This document shows positions 1 to 7,564 of a stretch of 64,000 nucleotides of DNA, one piece after another. Position 1 is the first letter of the stretch, and the number at the start of each line of letters is the position of its first letter. The DNA lies in NCBI GenBank assembly GCA_026710435.1, contig JAPOQZ010000082.1, positions 19,770-83,769 of the forward strand, in the 5' to 3' direction. The notes beneath the pieces were generated by a model that did not search any database, had not been told where the DNA came from, and worked only from the letters and a program-made list of their open reading frames with translations. Origin of the DNA: a bacterium. GTDB lineage: Bacteria; Actinomycetota; Acidimicrobiia; Spongiisociales; Spongiisociaceae. Both the position numbers and the translations under genes were made by a program.

Positions 1-1
1 G

Positions 2-322
2 CAGGCTTTCCAGGAGAGGCTCGACCGCATCGGGCAGATCTTCTCCGACCTGGTGGAACACGCCGAGGTGTCGTCACGTACGCGGTGCCCCTACCGGGAC
101 CGGCACGACCTCTGTACGGCTCTGTTCCGGTGCCGCAACCAACTGGCTTCGCCGTCAGACCCAGACCAGCTCTCGTGCGGTCACGACGGAACCTTCGATT
201 ACCGCACCGCCTGGGAGGCTCACCCCCGTGCCCGGGTCAGGGCCAAGGAAAAGATCGAGAACATCAAGCGGGAAGCAGAATCGCGGCGAGAGGATCGCTC
301 CGGAAAGGCGGCCCCGCGGTGA
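2..322 (+). CDS. 3' end of an unknown Cys-rich protein (5' partial at window edge), translationally coupled to the downstream corrinoid activase gene
   Basis: The frame is open from base 2 to the TGA at 320-322. It has host-like codon usage, a Cys-rich tail (CPYRDRHDLCTALFRC...SCGHDG), and a GTGA overlap with the next gene. Confidence 0.4.
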   Translation, partial: QAFQERLDRIGQIFSDLVEHAEVSSRTRCPYRDRHDLCTALFRCRNQLASPSDPDQLSCGHDGTFDYRTAWEAHPRARVRAKEKIENIKREAESRREDRSGKAAPR

Positions 323-2004
323 CAACCGTCTCCCACCACGGCAGTACCAGGCCGCTGGTCGTCGACCGCACGATCTTCGACTACGCGGACGAGTTGGCCG
401 TAGAGGTACCGACGTCCTGCCTGCGTAACGGAGAGTGCCACGAATGCGTGGTGGAGATAACGAACGGGATGGCGTCACTCTCGCCCCCGACGGAGCCTGA
501 AGAGTTCCTGCGCGGTGACTTCCGGCTGGCGTGCCAGGCCCGGATCGTGCGGAAGGACCGCAACATCAGTTTCATGCCTCTGCGCAGGCGACCGAGAATC
601 CTCGAAGTGAGCCGGCAACGTGGCCGGCATGTGCCACTCGACCCGATGGTCACCCGGGTGGGGGAAGAGGTTTGGTACGGCGACACCGCCATCGACGTGT
701 ACCGGGGCGCCATCTACGGCTTGGCGGTGGACCTCGGCACCACCACTGTGGTGGTCGAGATGGTGGACCTCGAAACCGGGGAAACGGCGGCGGTGACCAG
801 TTTCGAGAACCCGCAGCAGTTCGGCGGCAGCGACGTGATGAACCGGATCTCTTACGAAGCCCGCCCGGGTGTCTCCGGCGAGCTCCAGAACGCCGTGGTC
901 ACGGCCATCAACCAGGCCATCCGTGAGATGGTCAGCGGCCAGGGCTTCCGCCCACCACACGTGTACGAGGTCGTGGTGGCGGCCAACTCCACGATGAGGG
1001 ACGTCCTGTTCGGCCTGGACGTGCAGGGCATCGGCCAGAAACCCTACAAGTCGCTGATCGAGCACGAGTACCTGGCCGGGCTCCGTGCCCACACCGCGTT
1101 GCTGACCGGGACCCGCGATCTCGGGCTGCGGGCGAACCGCCGCGCGAAGGTGTACGGCCTCCCGCTGATCGCCAGCCATGTGGGAGCCGATGCGGCTGCC
1201 TGCCTCGAGACGGTGCAACTCGGAGAGACCGGCGAGACCGAGATGCTGGTCGACATGGGAACCAACACCGAGGTGATCCTCCACCACCGCGGGCGCCTTT
1301 ACGCGGCGTCATGCCCCGCAGGACCAGCCTTCGAAGGAGGCCTGATCACGTACGGTATGAGGGCCTACGACGGCGCCATCGAGTCGATCACCCTGGCCAC
1401 CGATGGTTCGGCCGACCGCTACGAGACCATCGGAGGATTTCCGGCCGCCGGTATCTGCGGTTCCGGTCTAACCGACCTGCTGGCCGAACTGCGGGGGAAG
1501 GGCCTGATGACGCCCCTCGGGGTGTTCACGGAGAACCGGAAGCTCTTCTCCATCGACGTCGTGCCCGAGCGGGGTATCACCTTCTCCAAGCAGGACATCG
1601 GCAACCTAGCCCAGGCCAAGGCGGCGAATTACTGCGGCCAGTTCATCGTGATGCGAACCGCGGGCGTCGACCCGGATGAGATCGACCGCCTGTACCTGGC
1701 CGGGGGGTTCGCCACCTACCTCAATGTGCGAAACGCCATCGACATCGGGCTGATCGCCCCCGTTCCGGAGGACCGGGTGGTCAAGATGGGCAACGCCGCG
1801 ATAGATGGCGCCCGCGCCCTGCTCGTGGACCGGTCGAGGCGCCGGCGAGCGGAGGAGCACGCCAAGGAGATCACCCACATCGAACTGGAGACCACCCCGG
1901 ACTTCTTCGAGATCTTCGTGGAGGGCTGCCAGATGAAGCCCATGCCTCTTGAGCTCCCCATGCCACCGACCGGAACCCTGGCACCGGAGCTTGTGGCCTC
2001 GTGA
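319..2004 (+). CDS. RACo-like reductive activator of corrinoid proteins: N-terminal plant-type 2Fe-2S ferredoxin plus ASKHA ATPase (DUF4445)
   Basis: The N-terminus has a C-x5-C-x2-C...C pattern (SCLRNGECHECVVEI...RLACQARI). It is followed by an ASKHA phosphate-1 like motif (YGLAVDLGTTTVV) and a long ASKHA body. The GTG at 319 overlaps the upstream stop; the longer ORF from 85 is probably spurious. Confidence 0.8.
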   Translation: MTTVSHHGSTRPLVVDRTIFDYADELAVEVPTSCLRNGECHECVVEITNGMASLSPPTEPEEFLRGDFRLACQARIVRKDRNISFMPLRRRPRILEVSRQRGRHVPLDPMVTRVGEEVWYGDTAIDVYRGAIYGLAVDLGTTTVVVEMVDLETGETAAVTSFENPQQFGGSDVMNRISYEARPGVSGELQNAVVTAINQAIREMVSGQGFRPPHVYEVVVAANSTMRDVLFGLDVQGIGQKPYKSLIEHEYLAGLRAHTALLTGTRDLGLRANRRAKVYGLPLIASHVGADAAACLETVQLGETGETEMLVDMGTNTEVILHHRGRLYAASCPAGPAFEGGLITYGMRAYDGAIESITLATDGSADRYETIGGFPAAGICGSGLTDLLAELRGKGLMTPLGVFTENRKLFSIDVVPERGITFSKQDIGNLAQAKAANYCGQFIVMRTAGVDPDEIDRLYLAGGFATYLNVRNAIDIGLIAPVPEDRVVKMGNAAIDGARALLVDRSRRRRAEEHAKEITHIELETTPDFFEIFVEGCQMKPMPLELPMPPTGTLAPELVAS

Positions 2005-3026
2005 ACCTGCCCCGCTTCACCGTCATCGGCGAGAACGTCCACACCACCCGGATCGTCCTCAGGAAGGGGAAACGGTTCGCCACCTGGGATGGGGTAGAAG
2101 GCGTCCGCTACGAGCGGCTCGACGGAACACCCCGGTTGCTGCCGATCTCCGGCAGGATGCGCCGGAGCCAGGCCTACGACGAAGGCCGTATCAAGCACGT
2201 CGCGCTGGCGGTCGACGTAGCGATGGACGGCGGACCCGATGCCGAGGACGGCCACGAGTACCTGCGGCGGGTGGTCGTGGACCAGGAGCAGGCGGGTGCC
2301 CACTACCTGGACGTGAACGTGGACGAGATCTCGCTCAAGACTGCTGAGCAGCGGGCGGCGATGGAGTGGCTGGTCCGTTACGTCGGTTCGCTGACCGAGC
2401 TTCCCATCTCGATCGACTCCTCCGACATCTCTGTCATCGAAACCGGTCTCAGCACCGCTCGCCGGGTGGGCGACCGGCGGCCCATGCTCAACTCCGCGTC
2501 CCTGGAACGCACCGAAGCCGTCGACCTGGCCGTCACCTACGGCGCGAGGGTGATCGTCACCGCCGCGGGCGAGAGCGGCATGCCTTCGAGTGCGGCCGAG
2601 CGGGTGGACAACGCCTCCCGGATGGTGGAGGCGGCCCTCGGGGCGGGGATCGAGATAGGGGACATATTCGTCGATCCGTTGGTATTCCCAATCTCGGTGG
2701 ACGGGACCTTCGGCCTTCACACCCTCGACGCCATCCGCACCATCCGGAGCCGGTACGGACCCGACATCCACATCACGGGAGGGATGAGCAATGTCTCGTT
2801 CGGCATCCCCGCTCGCAAGCTGATGAACACCGTCTTCATCAACCTGGCCGTCGATGCCGGAGCGGACAGCGGCATCATCGACCCTGTCATGAACCCACTC
2901 CCCGCGGTGTTCGCCGCTGATCGTGAGTCCACGGCCTACCGCCTTGCCGAAGACACCCTCCTGGGCCGGGACGACTTCTGCGCCAACTACATCAGAGCCT
3001 GGCGCAAGGGTACTCTGACCGAATGA
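2001..3026 (+). CDS. Pterin-binding (DHPS-like) methyltetrahydrofolate:corrinoid methyltransferase family protein (MtrH/AcsE/MtgA-like)
   Basis: Family-typical segments are present: HYLDVNVDE, PISIDSS, LNSASLE, ITGGMSNVSFGIP. The GTGA overlap with the upstream activase suggests an operon. Confidence 0.8.
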   Translation: MNLPRFTVIGENVHTTRIVLRKGKRFATWDGVEGVRYERLDGTPRLLPISGRMRRSQAYDEGRIKHVALAVDVAMDGGPDAEDGHEYLRRVVVDQEQAGAHYLDVNVDEISLKTAEQRAAMEWLVRYVGSLTELPISIDSSDISVIETGLSTARRVGDRRPMLNSASLERTEAVDLAVTYGARVIVTAAGESGMPSSAAERVDNASRMVEAALGAGIEIGDIFVDPLVFPISVDGTFGLHTLDAIRTIRSRYGPDIHITGGMSNVSFGIPARKLMNTVFINLAVDAGADSGIIDPVMNPLPAVFAADRESTAYRLAEDTLLGRDDFCANYIRAWRKGTLTE

Positions 3027-3219
3027 AGAGGTGCGCAGCCGGCGGCTAAGACCTGGGAGGCGGGGTTCCGAGGTGAGAGTTGTCCGTCGTGATCGAGTCC
3101 CCATGCCATGCCTCGAGACCAGCGGATGCCCTTCACGCACCCGTCCGTCAGTACTTCGTAGTGCGATCACCTGCGGTCCACAAAACTCGGCGCCAAAGGC
3201 GTGCGTGGCACTCCAATGC

Positions 3220-3232
3220 TATAGTTGTGGCA
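3220..3232 (+). promoter_or_regulatory. Candidate -10 box (TATAGT) for a leaderless mazE-like transcript
   Basis: TATAGT at 3220-3225 lies 6 nt before the ATG at 3232 with no SD in between. This is the geometry of leaderless actinobacterial mRNAs. I did not recognise a clear -35. Confidence 0.3.
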
Positions 3233-3468
3233 TGCCCAGGACACGAATAAGCACCACGGTGAGTGATGAACTCCTGACCCAGGCTCGCGCTGCCTTACCG
3301 GGCCTCAATGATGCCACCCTGCTGGACCGCGCCCTGGCATCGCTTTGCGCTGAGCATCGCGCCGCCGAGATCGACCGATCATACGAAGCCTACGACGCTC
3401 TCCCACTTGACACAGAAGACGAGTGGGGAAACCTGGCTGACCTGCTGGATGCTGCTGCCACTACGTGA
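3232..3468 (+). CDS. Type II antitoxin (partner of the MazF/PemK toxin)
   Basis: This is a 78-aa acidic-tailed protein (MPRTRISTTVSDELLTQARAAL...). It ends in a GTGA overlap with the toxin gene, the classic TA arrangement. Confidence 0.65.
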   Translation: MPRTRISTTVSDELLTQARAALPGLNDATLLDRALASLCAEHRAAEIDRSYEAYDALPLDTEDEWGNLADLLDAAATT

Positions 3469-3791
3469 GCGCGTTACCCCGACGGGGCGAGGTTTGGTGG
3501 TACGAGGCTCCGGACAGGGACCCTCGTCCAGTGGTTGTGCTGTCCAGAAACGCAGCAATCCCGAAGTTAAGGCGGACGGTCGTCGCCCCGTGCAGTACTG
3601 TGATCCGCAACCTCGCGACCGAAGTTAGGCTCGAACCGGGCGAAGAACCGATAACGCTACCCAGCGTCGTCCAACTGGACTCAGTGTTCAATGTCTCGGT
3701 AGCACACCTCACGGCGCGCCTCGGACGACTCAGCGACGAACGGATTCGCCGGGTCTGTAAAGCCTTGACCACTGCCTTGGACTTCCCGTAG
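3465..3791 (+). CDS. mazF: MazF/PemK family type II toxin (endoribonuclease)
   Basis: The N-terminal RGEVWW...RPVVVLS pattern and the 108-aa size are typical of PemK/MazF. It sits immediately downstream of the antitoxin. Confidence 0.8.
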   Translation: MSALPRRGEVWWYEAPDRDPRPVVVLSRNAAIPKLRRTVVAPCSTVIRNLATEVRLEPGEEPITLPSVVQLDSVFNVSVAHLTARLGRLSDERIRRVCKALTTALDFP

Positions 3792-3916
3792 TCGACTGCG
3801 GGGGTCCCTGCGTTGGTTGGGTCGGAGCCGTTCAGCCTCTGTCATCGGGTTGACGAGGCCCCGATCTGTTGAAGTCTCCAGTGTCAGCACAGCCAGTCGT
3901 CCGGTCGGCTGCTCGC

Positions 3917-4099
3917 TCAGCCCGTCTCCCCTTTACCGACGCTGGTATCCGCATCCTTGACGTACTTCTCGAACAGATCGCGGGCAGCACGACGGCCGAA
4001 AGCCCTCGGATCCTCACCCGGGACGTACACCGTACGGCCCGGAGGACGGCTTTTTTTGATCTTCTCTCGGCGGATCGCTTCCTCTAACGTTCTGTTCAT
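3917..4099 (-). CDS. Small basic hypothetical protein (60 aa), overlapping the 3' end of the proteasome-like gene
   Basis: The ATG at 4099 is preceded by GTAGGAGGTAGGA, a strong SD with 7-nt spacing. The ORF overlaps the upstream ORF by 86 nt in the +1 frame and lies in the low-GC islet. Confidence 0.45.
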   Translation of the reverse strand: MNRTLEEAIRREKIKKSRPPGRTVYVPGEDPRAFGRRAARDLFEKYVKDADTSVGKGETG

Positions 4100-5399
4100 T
4101 CCTACCTCCTACTCTATCAGACGTCCGAAGTCCACGGTCCTGCTCGAAGTAGCGGGGATTCATCTCGGGCGCGAAATAGTGCTTGCGCTTGATCCAGACC
4201 AGCCCGTCGCCCTTCGAGATCACCGCAACATCAACCGGACCTCCTACGGTCTCGTCGTCAGGAGTAACTCGCCTCTTCAGCGAGGTGAGGTTAACGAGCG
4301 CTTCGGCCATTTCAGCCAGTTCCTCCTTCGGCAACATGTCGACAACCGCCATTACCGGATCTGAGTGTTGTGTTTCCAGCAGGTCTCTCAGTTGACTGTG
4401 AAAGTGCTCGACAATGTCCAGCCTCGCCCTATCCATGGTATCTATCAAAGCTGCGTAGTCATCCGACGAAACCGCATCTTTCACTCGGTCACCAAAGTGA
4501 GCCGCGAACAACTTGATCGTTTCGTCCACGAATTCCCCAAGAGCACGGGGATAGTCCGGATGAAGACCATCCATGAAGGTCTGCACCATATCCTGCTGAG
4601 CAAACGGGCAAATCGCAGCAGAATCCTCCCAGCCGATCTGGATTTCCTCTAACTGGCGGGCTCGTACCCGACCCGCGTGCACTCCATCGACCAGATAAAG
4701 GGAGAGGGCTGGAAACATCTGTGCTCTGCCAAATCCTGCAACAACGACACCGGAAGACGCCGGTCCCCAGACTGCGTTACCCAGAGAGGCACACACCATC
4801 GCCCGAACATTCGTCCGTACGCGATCCGTCACCGGGAGACCCTTCAAGGATCTCTTGACCAATGTGTCCCAGTCATCAATCGCCTCGTCCAACTCCCGTG
4901 CAGCCACCGACTCGCCAGGACCATCCCCGGTATCTAATTCCTCGAGCCTCTGGAGCCTCGACTCGATCTGGTCCATGAGTACCTGTCCAACCACCTGTTC
5001 ACCATCGCCATGCTCGTCTGCCAAGGTGCGATCAACGGCTTTCCGGAGCCGGTCTAGCTCCCAAGACGCCCTCATGCGAACACGTGCCTGCAGGAACTCG
5101 ACTGGCATGTGGTGTATCAGGGAGGAGAGGTACTCAATGAACTCCGCGGCGTACTGCTCTACCGTGTCAAATGTCTGGAGGGACAAGTGACGTCGGTGCT
5201 CCTTGACAACCGTTGCCCACGGGATGCCCTCGAATGAGCCCCCTCCGTAGACCATCACAGCCACCGGTTCCAGCCTTGAGAGGGCAAAGAGTTTGTTGGC
5301 ACTGTTGTAGACCTTGCCGACCTGGCCACCCAGCGTGAGAGCACTGTCGGCAGCCATGACCACTGCCTCACGATTGAGGATCGCGACTTCGGCTGTCAT
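4014..5399 (-). CDS. Hypothetical 461-aa protein with a proteasome-beta/HslV-like (Ntn hydrolase) N-terminal signature and large insertions
   Basis: MTAEVAILNREAVVMAADSALTLGG...NKLFAL gives Thr at mature position 1, Asp at 17 and Lys at 35 (28 is an alternative). Later segments GVVVAGFG and GGPVDVAVISKGDG resemble the central and C-terminal proteasome-fold strands. GC and GC3 are lower than in the neighbours. Confidence 0.7.
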   Translation of the reverse strand: MTAEVAILNREAVVMAADSALTLGGQVGKVYNSANKLFALSRLEPVAVMVYGGGSFEGIPWATVVKEHRRHLSLQTFDTVEQYAAEFIEYLSSLIHHMPVEFLQARVRMRASWELDRLRKAVDRTLADEHGDGEQVVGQVLMDQIESRLQRLEELDTGDGPGESVAARELDEAIDDWDTLVKRSLKGLPVTDRVRTNVRAMVCASLGNAVWGPASSGVVVAGFGRAQMFPALSLYLVDGVHAGRVRARQLEEIQIGWEDSAAICPFAQQDMVQTFMDGLHPDYPRALGEFVDETIKLFAAHFGDRVKDAVSSDDYAALIDTMDRARLDIVEHFHSQLRDLLETQHSDPVMAVVDMLPKEELAEMAEALVNLTSLKRRVTPDDETVGGPVDVAVISKGDGLVWIKRKHYFAPEMNPRYFEQDRGLRTSDRVGGRNEQNVRGSDPPREDQKKPSSGPYGVRPG

Positions 5400-5421
5400 C
5401 TATACCTTTCTTTCACTCTGT

Positions 5422-5449
5422 ATTATAACGCTCACTAACCTAGTTACAA
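5422..5449 (-). promoter_or_regulatory. Sigma-70-like promoter for the proteasome-like gene
   Basis: Read on the minus strand it is TTGTAA (5449-5444), a 16-nt spacer, then TATAAT (5427-5422). It lies about 25 nt upstream of the ATG at 5399 in an AT-rich spacer. Confidence 0.5.
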
Positions 5450-5650
5450 GGCAGTTCTGGCCGCTAGCACGCTGCCTACCGATACCTGACGCGATTCTGT
5501 CTGGCTCCCCACCAGGTTTGAACGGCTCGGTCTCTTCCTGCCTTCTCAACGAAGACGATCCGAGCCGGTGGTAGCAGCTTGGCTATCGTCCGCTGACCAG
5601 GCACTTCGTCATCGAGAGTGGTGGGAGGGGCGCTTTGGCACTCGAATCAG

Positions 5651-6049
5651 CTAGCCGAACTCGGCTTCTATCACGTCCCGCTCGGCGCCTGACGGGCTGT
5701 ACATCCAGAAGAGCTTGACCGGCGTGTCGCCCGTGTTGAAGAACTGGTGGCTGACACCGGGCGGCGTGTAGACAACCGTTCCCGGACCGGTGACGATCTC
5801 CTCCTCCCCGATCACCGCTCGGCCGTGACCCTCGGAGAACATCCAGATCTCGGCGGCGTCCGGATGGGTGTGGAGGCTCCCCATCTGCTGTGGTGGGACC
5901 TCGCACGTGCCGACCGCGAAGTCCTCCAGGCCTTCCTGGAGCATCGGCGAGAGCAGCACCTTCACATGCCGCACGTAGGGCTCGGGAGTGGTCAGCCCCA
6001 CCCCGTCGGATTCCGTAACCACGATGGGCGTGCCGGGAACGTAGCTCAT
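5651..6049 (-). CDS. Cupin domain protein
   Basis: Cupin motifs are present (GSLHTHPDAAEIWMFSEGHG ... PPGVSHQFFNTG). The ATG at 6049 has a GGAGG SD; the longer 173-aa ORF is unlikely. Confidence 0.8.
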   Translation of the reverse strand: MSYVPGTPIVVTESDGVGLTTPEPYVRHVKVLLSPMLQEGLEDFAVGTCEVPPQQMGSLHTHPDAAEIWMFSEGHGRAVIGEEEIVTGPGTVVYTPPGVSHQFFNTGDTPVKLFWMYSPSGAERDVIEAEFG

Positions 6050-6223
6050 GATCAAACCTCCGGTCGATAAATCTAGCGGGAGCCTTCGATCACTCCCGAA
6101 GCCCATCGCCGGAAGCGACCGCAGAGACCCGTCATGTCGAGAACGGCGCGAGCGTTCAGGGGTCGTGGCCATGATGTCCCCTTATACTCCCATCCACACC
6201 CCGGCCATGGTCACGGAGGCGGA

Positions 6224-6868
6224 ATGAGCGACATCCGGTTGATCTATGCGGAGACCATTCCGGCCAAGGCTGCGGCGGCATGGACGGTAGACGCCGGCCA
6301 GGTCATCCGTATCACCGACATCGAAGGTGGCCAGGTGGGAGACCTCGTCCTGTTCGCACGGGAAGACCTCCGCGATCGGAACTCGATTTCCTGGACTCGC
6401 ACCAGGAACCTCAGAAACACCTCGACTTACGAACCGCCGCTCGGGCTGGCTCCCGGTAACACCATCTGGTCCACCGGGTTCCGCCCCCTTGCCACCGTTG
6501 TCGAGGATACGTCACCGGTCATAGGGATACACGACCTCTACGGCAGGATGTGCAACCGCGGCATGTACGAGATGTACGGAGTCGCCCCCCAGGACGGGTG
6601 CTTCGAACTTCTCCAAGGGGTTCTCACGCCTCACGGGGTAGCACCGTCCGAGATTCCCGACCCGATCGGGGTGTTCATGAACACCCAACCGGACCCCGAA
6701 ACCCAGGTGATGCGGATACATCAGCCCGTCACCCGGCCGAATGACTGCATCTCGATCCGGGCCGAGGTCGACCTGCTGGCCGCCATGAGTACGTGCCCGA
6801 TGGATGTCCTCGCGCCGACCAACAGCTACCACATCACCCCGATGAAGGTCGAGGTTCTAGGAGGGTAA
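6224..6868 (+). CDS. DUF1989 / urea-carboxylase-associated family protein
   Basis: The sequence MSDIRLIYAETIPAKAAAAWTVDAGQVIRITDIEGGQVGDLVLF... is typical of this family. The ATG at 6224 follows GGAGG. Confidence 0.75.
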   Translation: MSDIRLIYAETIPAKAAAAWTVDAGQVIRITDIEGGQVGDLVLFAREDLRDRNSISWTRTRNLRNTSTYEPPLGLAPGNTIWSTGFRPLATVVEDTSPVIGIHDLYGRMCNRGMYEMYGVAPQDGCFELLQGVLTPHGVAPSEIPDPIGVFMNTQPDPETQVMRIHQPVTRPNDCISIRAEVDLLAAMSTCPMDVLAPTNSYHITPMKVEVLGG

Positions 6869-6920
6869 GGCCGGTATGGAAATCCCGCGCGGCCCGCCGG
6901 CCCGCCGGATTCGGCGGGTC

Positions 6921-7550
6921 TCAGCCGAGCGGCCAGCGTTCCTTTCTGTAAGCCATGTCCCAGAACATGTACTCGTAGTTCACGCCGATGCGGAAGCTGT
7001 CCAGCATCTGGGCGCGGCGTTCATCGGAGAGACCTTGCGAGTAGCGGTCGACGAAGTCCCGGTAGTCACTGCAGAGAGTGTGATGGGATTCGCTCATGTA
7101 GAACTCCCACCAGTCAGCCTGGAACTCTGTGAGCGGAGCATCCGCAAGCTGGTAGCCGATGGCGTCGTAACTCAGCGGGCACGGTAGGAAGGACCCCAGA
7201 TACTCGACCGGGTCGCGAGCGAAGGCGAGGTAGAAGAGGTGGCGCGAGTAGGCGTAGAGGGTCGGGGCGACCGGCGCTTCGAAGGTGCCCCCCACGTTGC
7301 GGAGCATTTCCTCCTGGTGGTAGTACTCGTCGAGGATCAGTTGCGTATTGCGAAGGAAGAAGTCCCTGATCTCGTCGTTCTGGGCTTTGGCGGCGACGAT
7401 CGCACGGCACCGGAGCACGGCGTCTATGTAGTGCACGTTCTGCTCGAAGTAGAAGGCCAACGTGTCGTTGCCCAGAGTTCCGGTCCTGAGCTCCTGCAGG
7501 AACGGGTGCTCGTAGATACGGTCGAACAGCGGCGCGGTCTCCTCCATCAT
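6921..7550 (-). CDS. TenA/PqqC-like (haem-oxygenase-like fold) protein
   Basis: The N-terminus (IYEHPFLQELRTGTL...FYFEQNVHYI) and the roughly 210-aa length fit TenA/thiaminase-II-like proteins. An alternative GTG start at 7568 overlaps the upstream stop. Confidence 0.7.
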   Translation of the reverse strand: MMEETAPLFDRIYEHPFLQELRTGTLGNDTLAFYFEQNVHYIDAVLRCRAIVAAKAQNDEIRDFFLRNTQLILDEYYHQEEMLRNVGGTFEAPVAPTLYAYSRHLFYLAFARDPVEYLGSFLPCPLSYDAIGYQLADAPLTEFQADWWEFYMSESHHTLCSDYRDFVDRYSQGLSDERRAQMLDSFRIGVNYEYMFWDMAYRKERWPLG

Positions 7551-7564
7551 GTGTTCGGTCCAGC

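Noticed and set aside
3085-3125. A tRNA-like T-arm resemblance (GATCGAGTCCCC) in the 3030-3230 intergenic region.
   Set aside because: No complementary T-stem, acceptor stem or anticodon arm can be drawn around it. It is most likely a chance match.
1716-3170. Long antisense ORFs overlapping well-supported genes. Examples are 1716-3170(-), 21719-23281(-), 34237-35319(-), 38584-39822(-), 46936-48873(+), 51849-53348(-), 53375-55024(-) and 56610-57833(+).
   Set aside because: Their translations are Arg/Pro/Gly/His-rich low-complexity strings with no recognisable motifs. They lie opposite ORFs with clear family signatures. Long spurious antisense ORFs are expected in GC-rich DNA because stop codons are rare.
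3820-5535. A 10-bp inverted match (GAGCCGTTCA near 3826 and its complement near 5521) as possible termini of the low-GC islet.
   Set aside because: It is too short to separate from chance, and it is not positioned at the apparent compositional boundaries.
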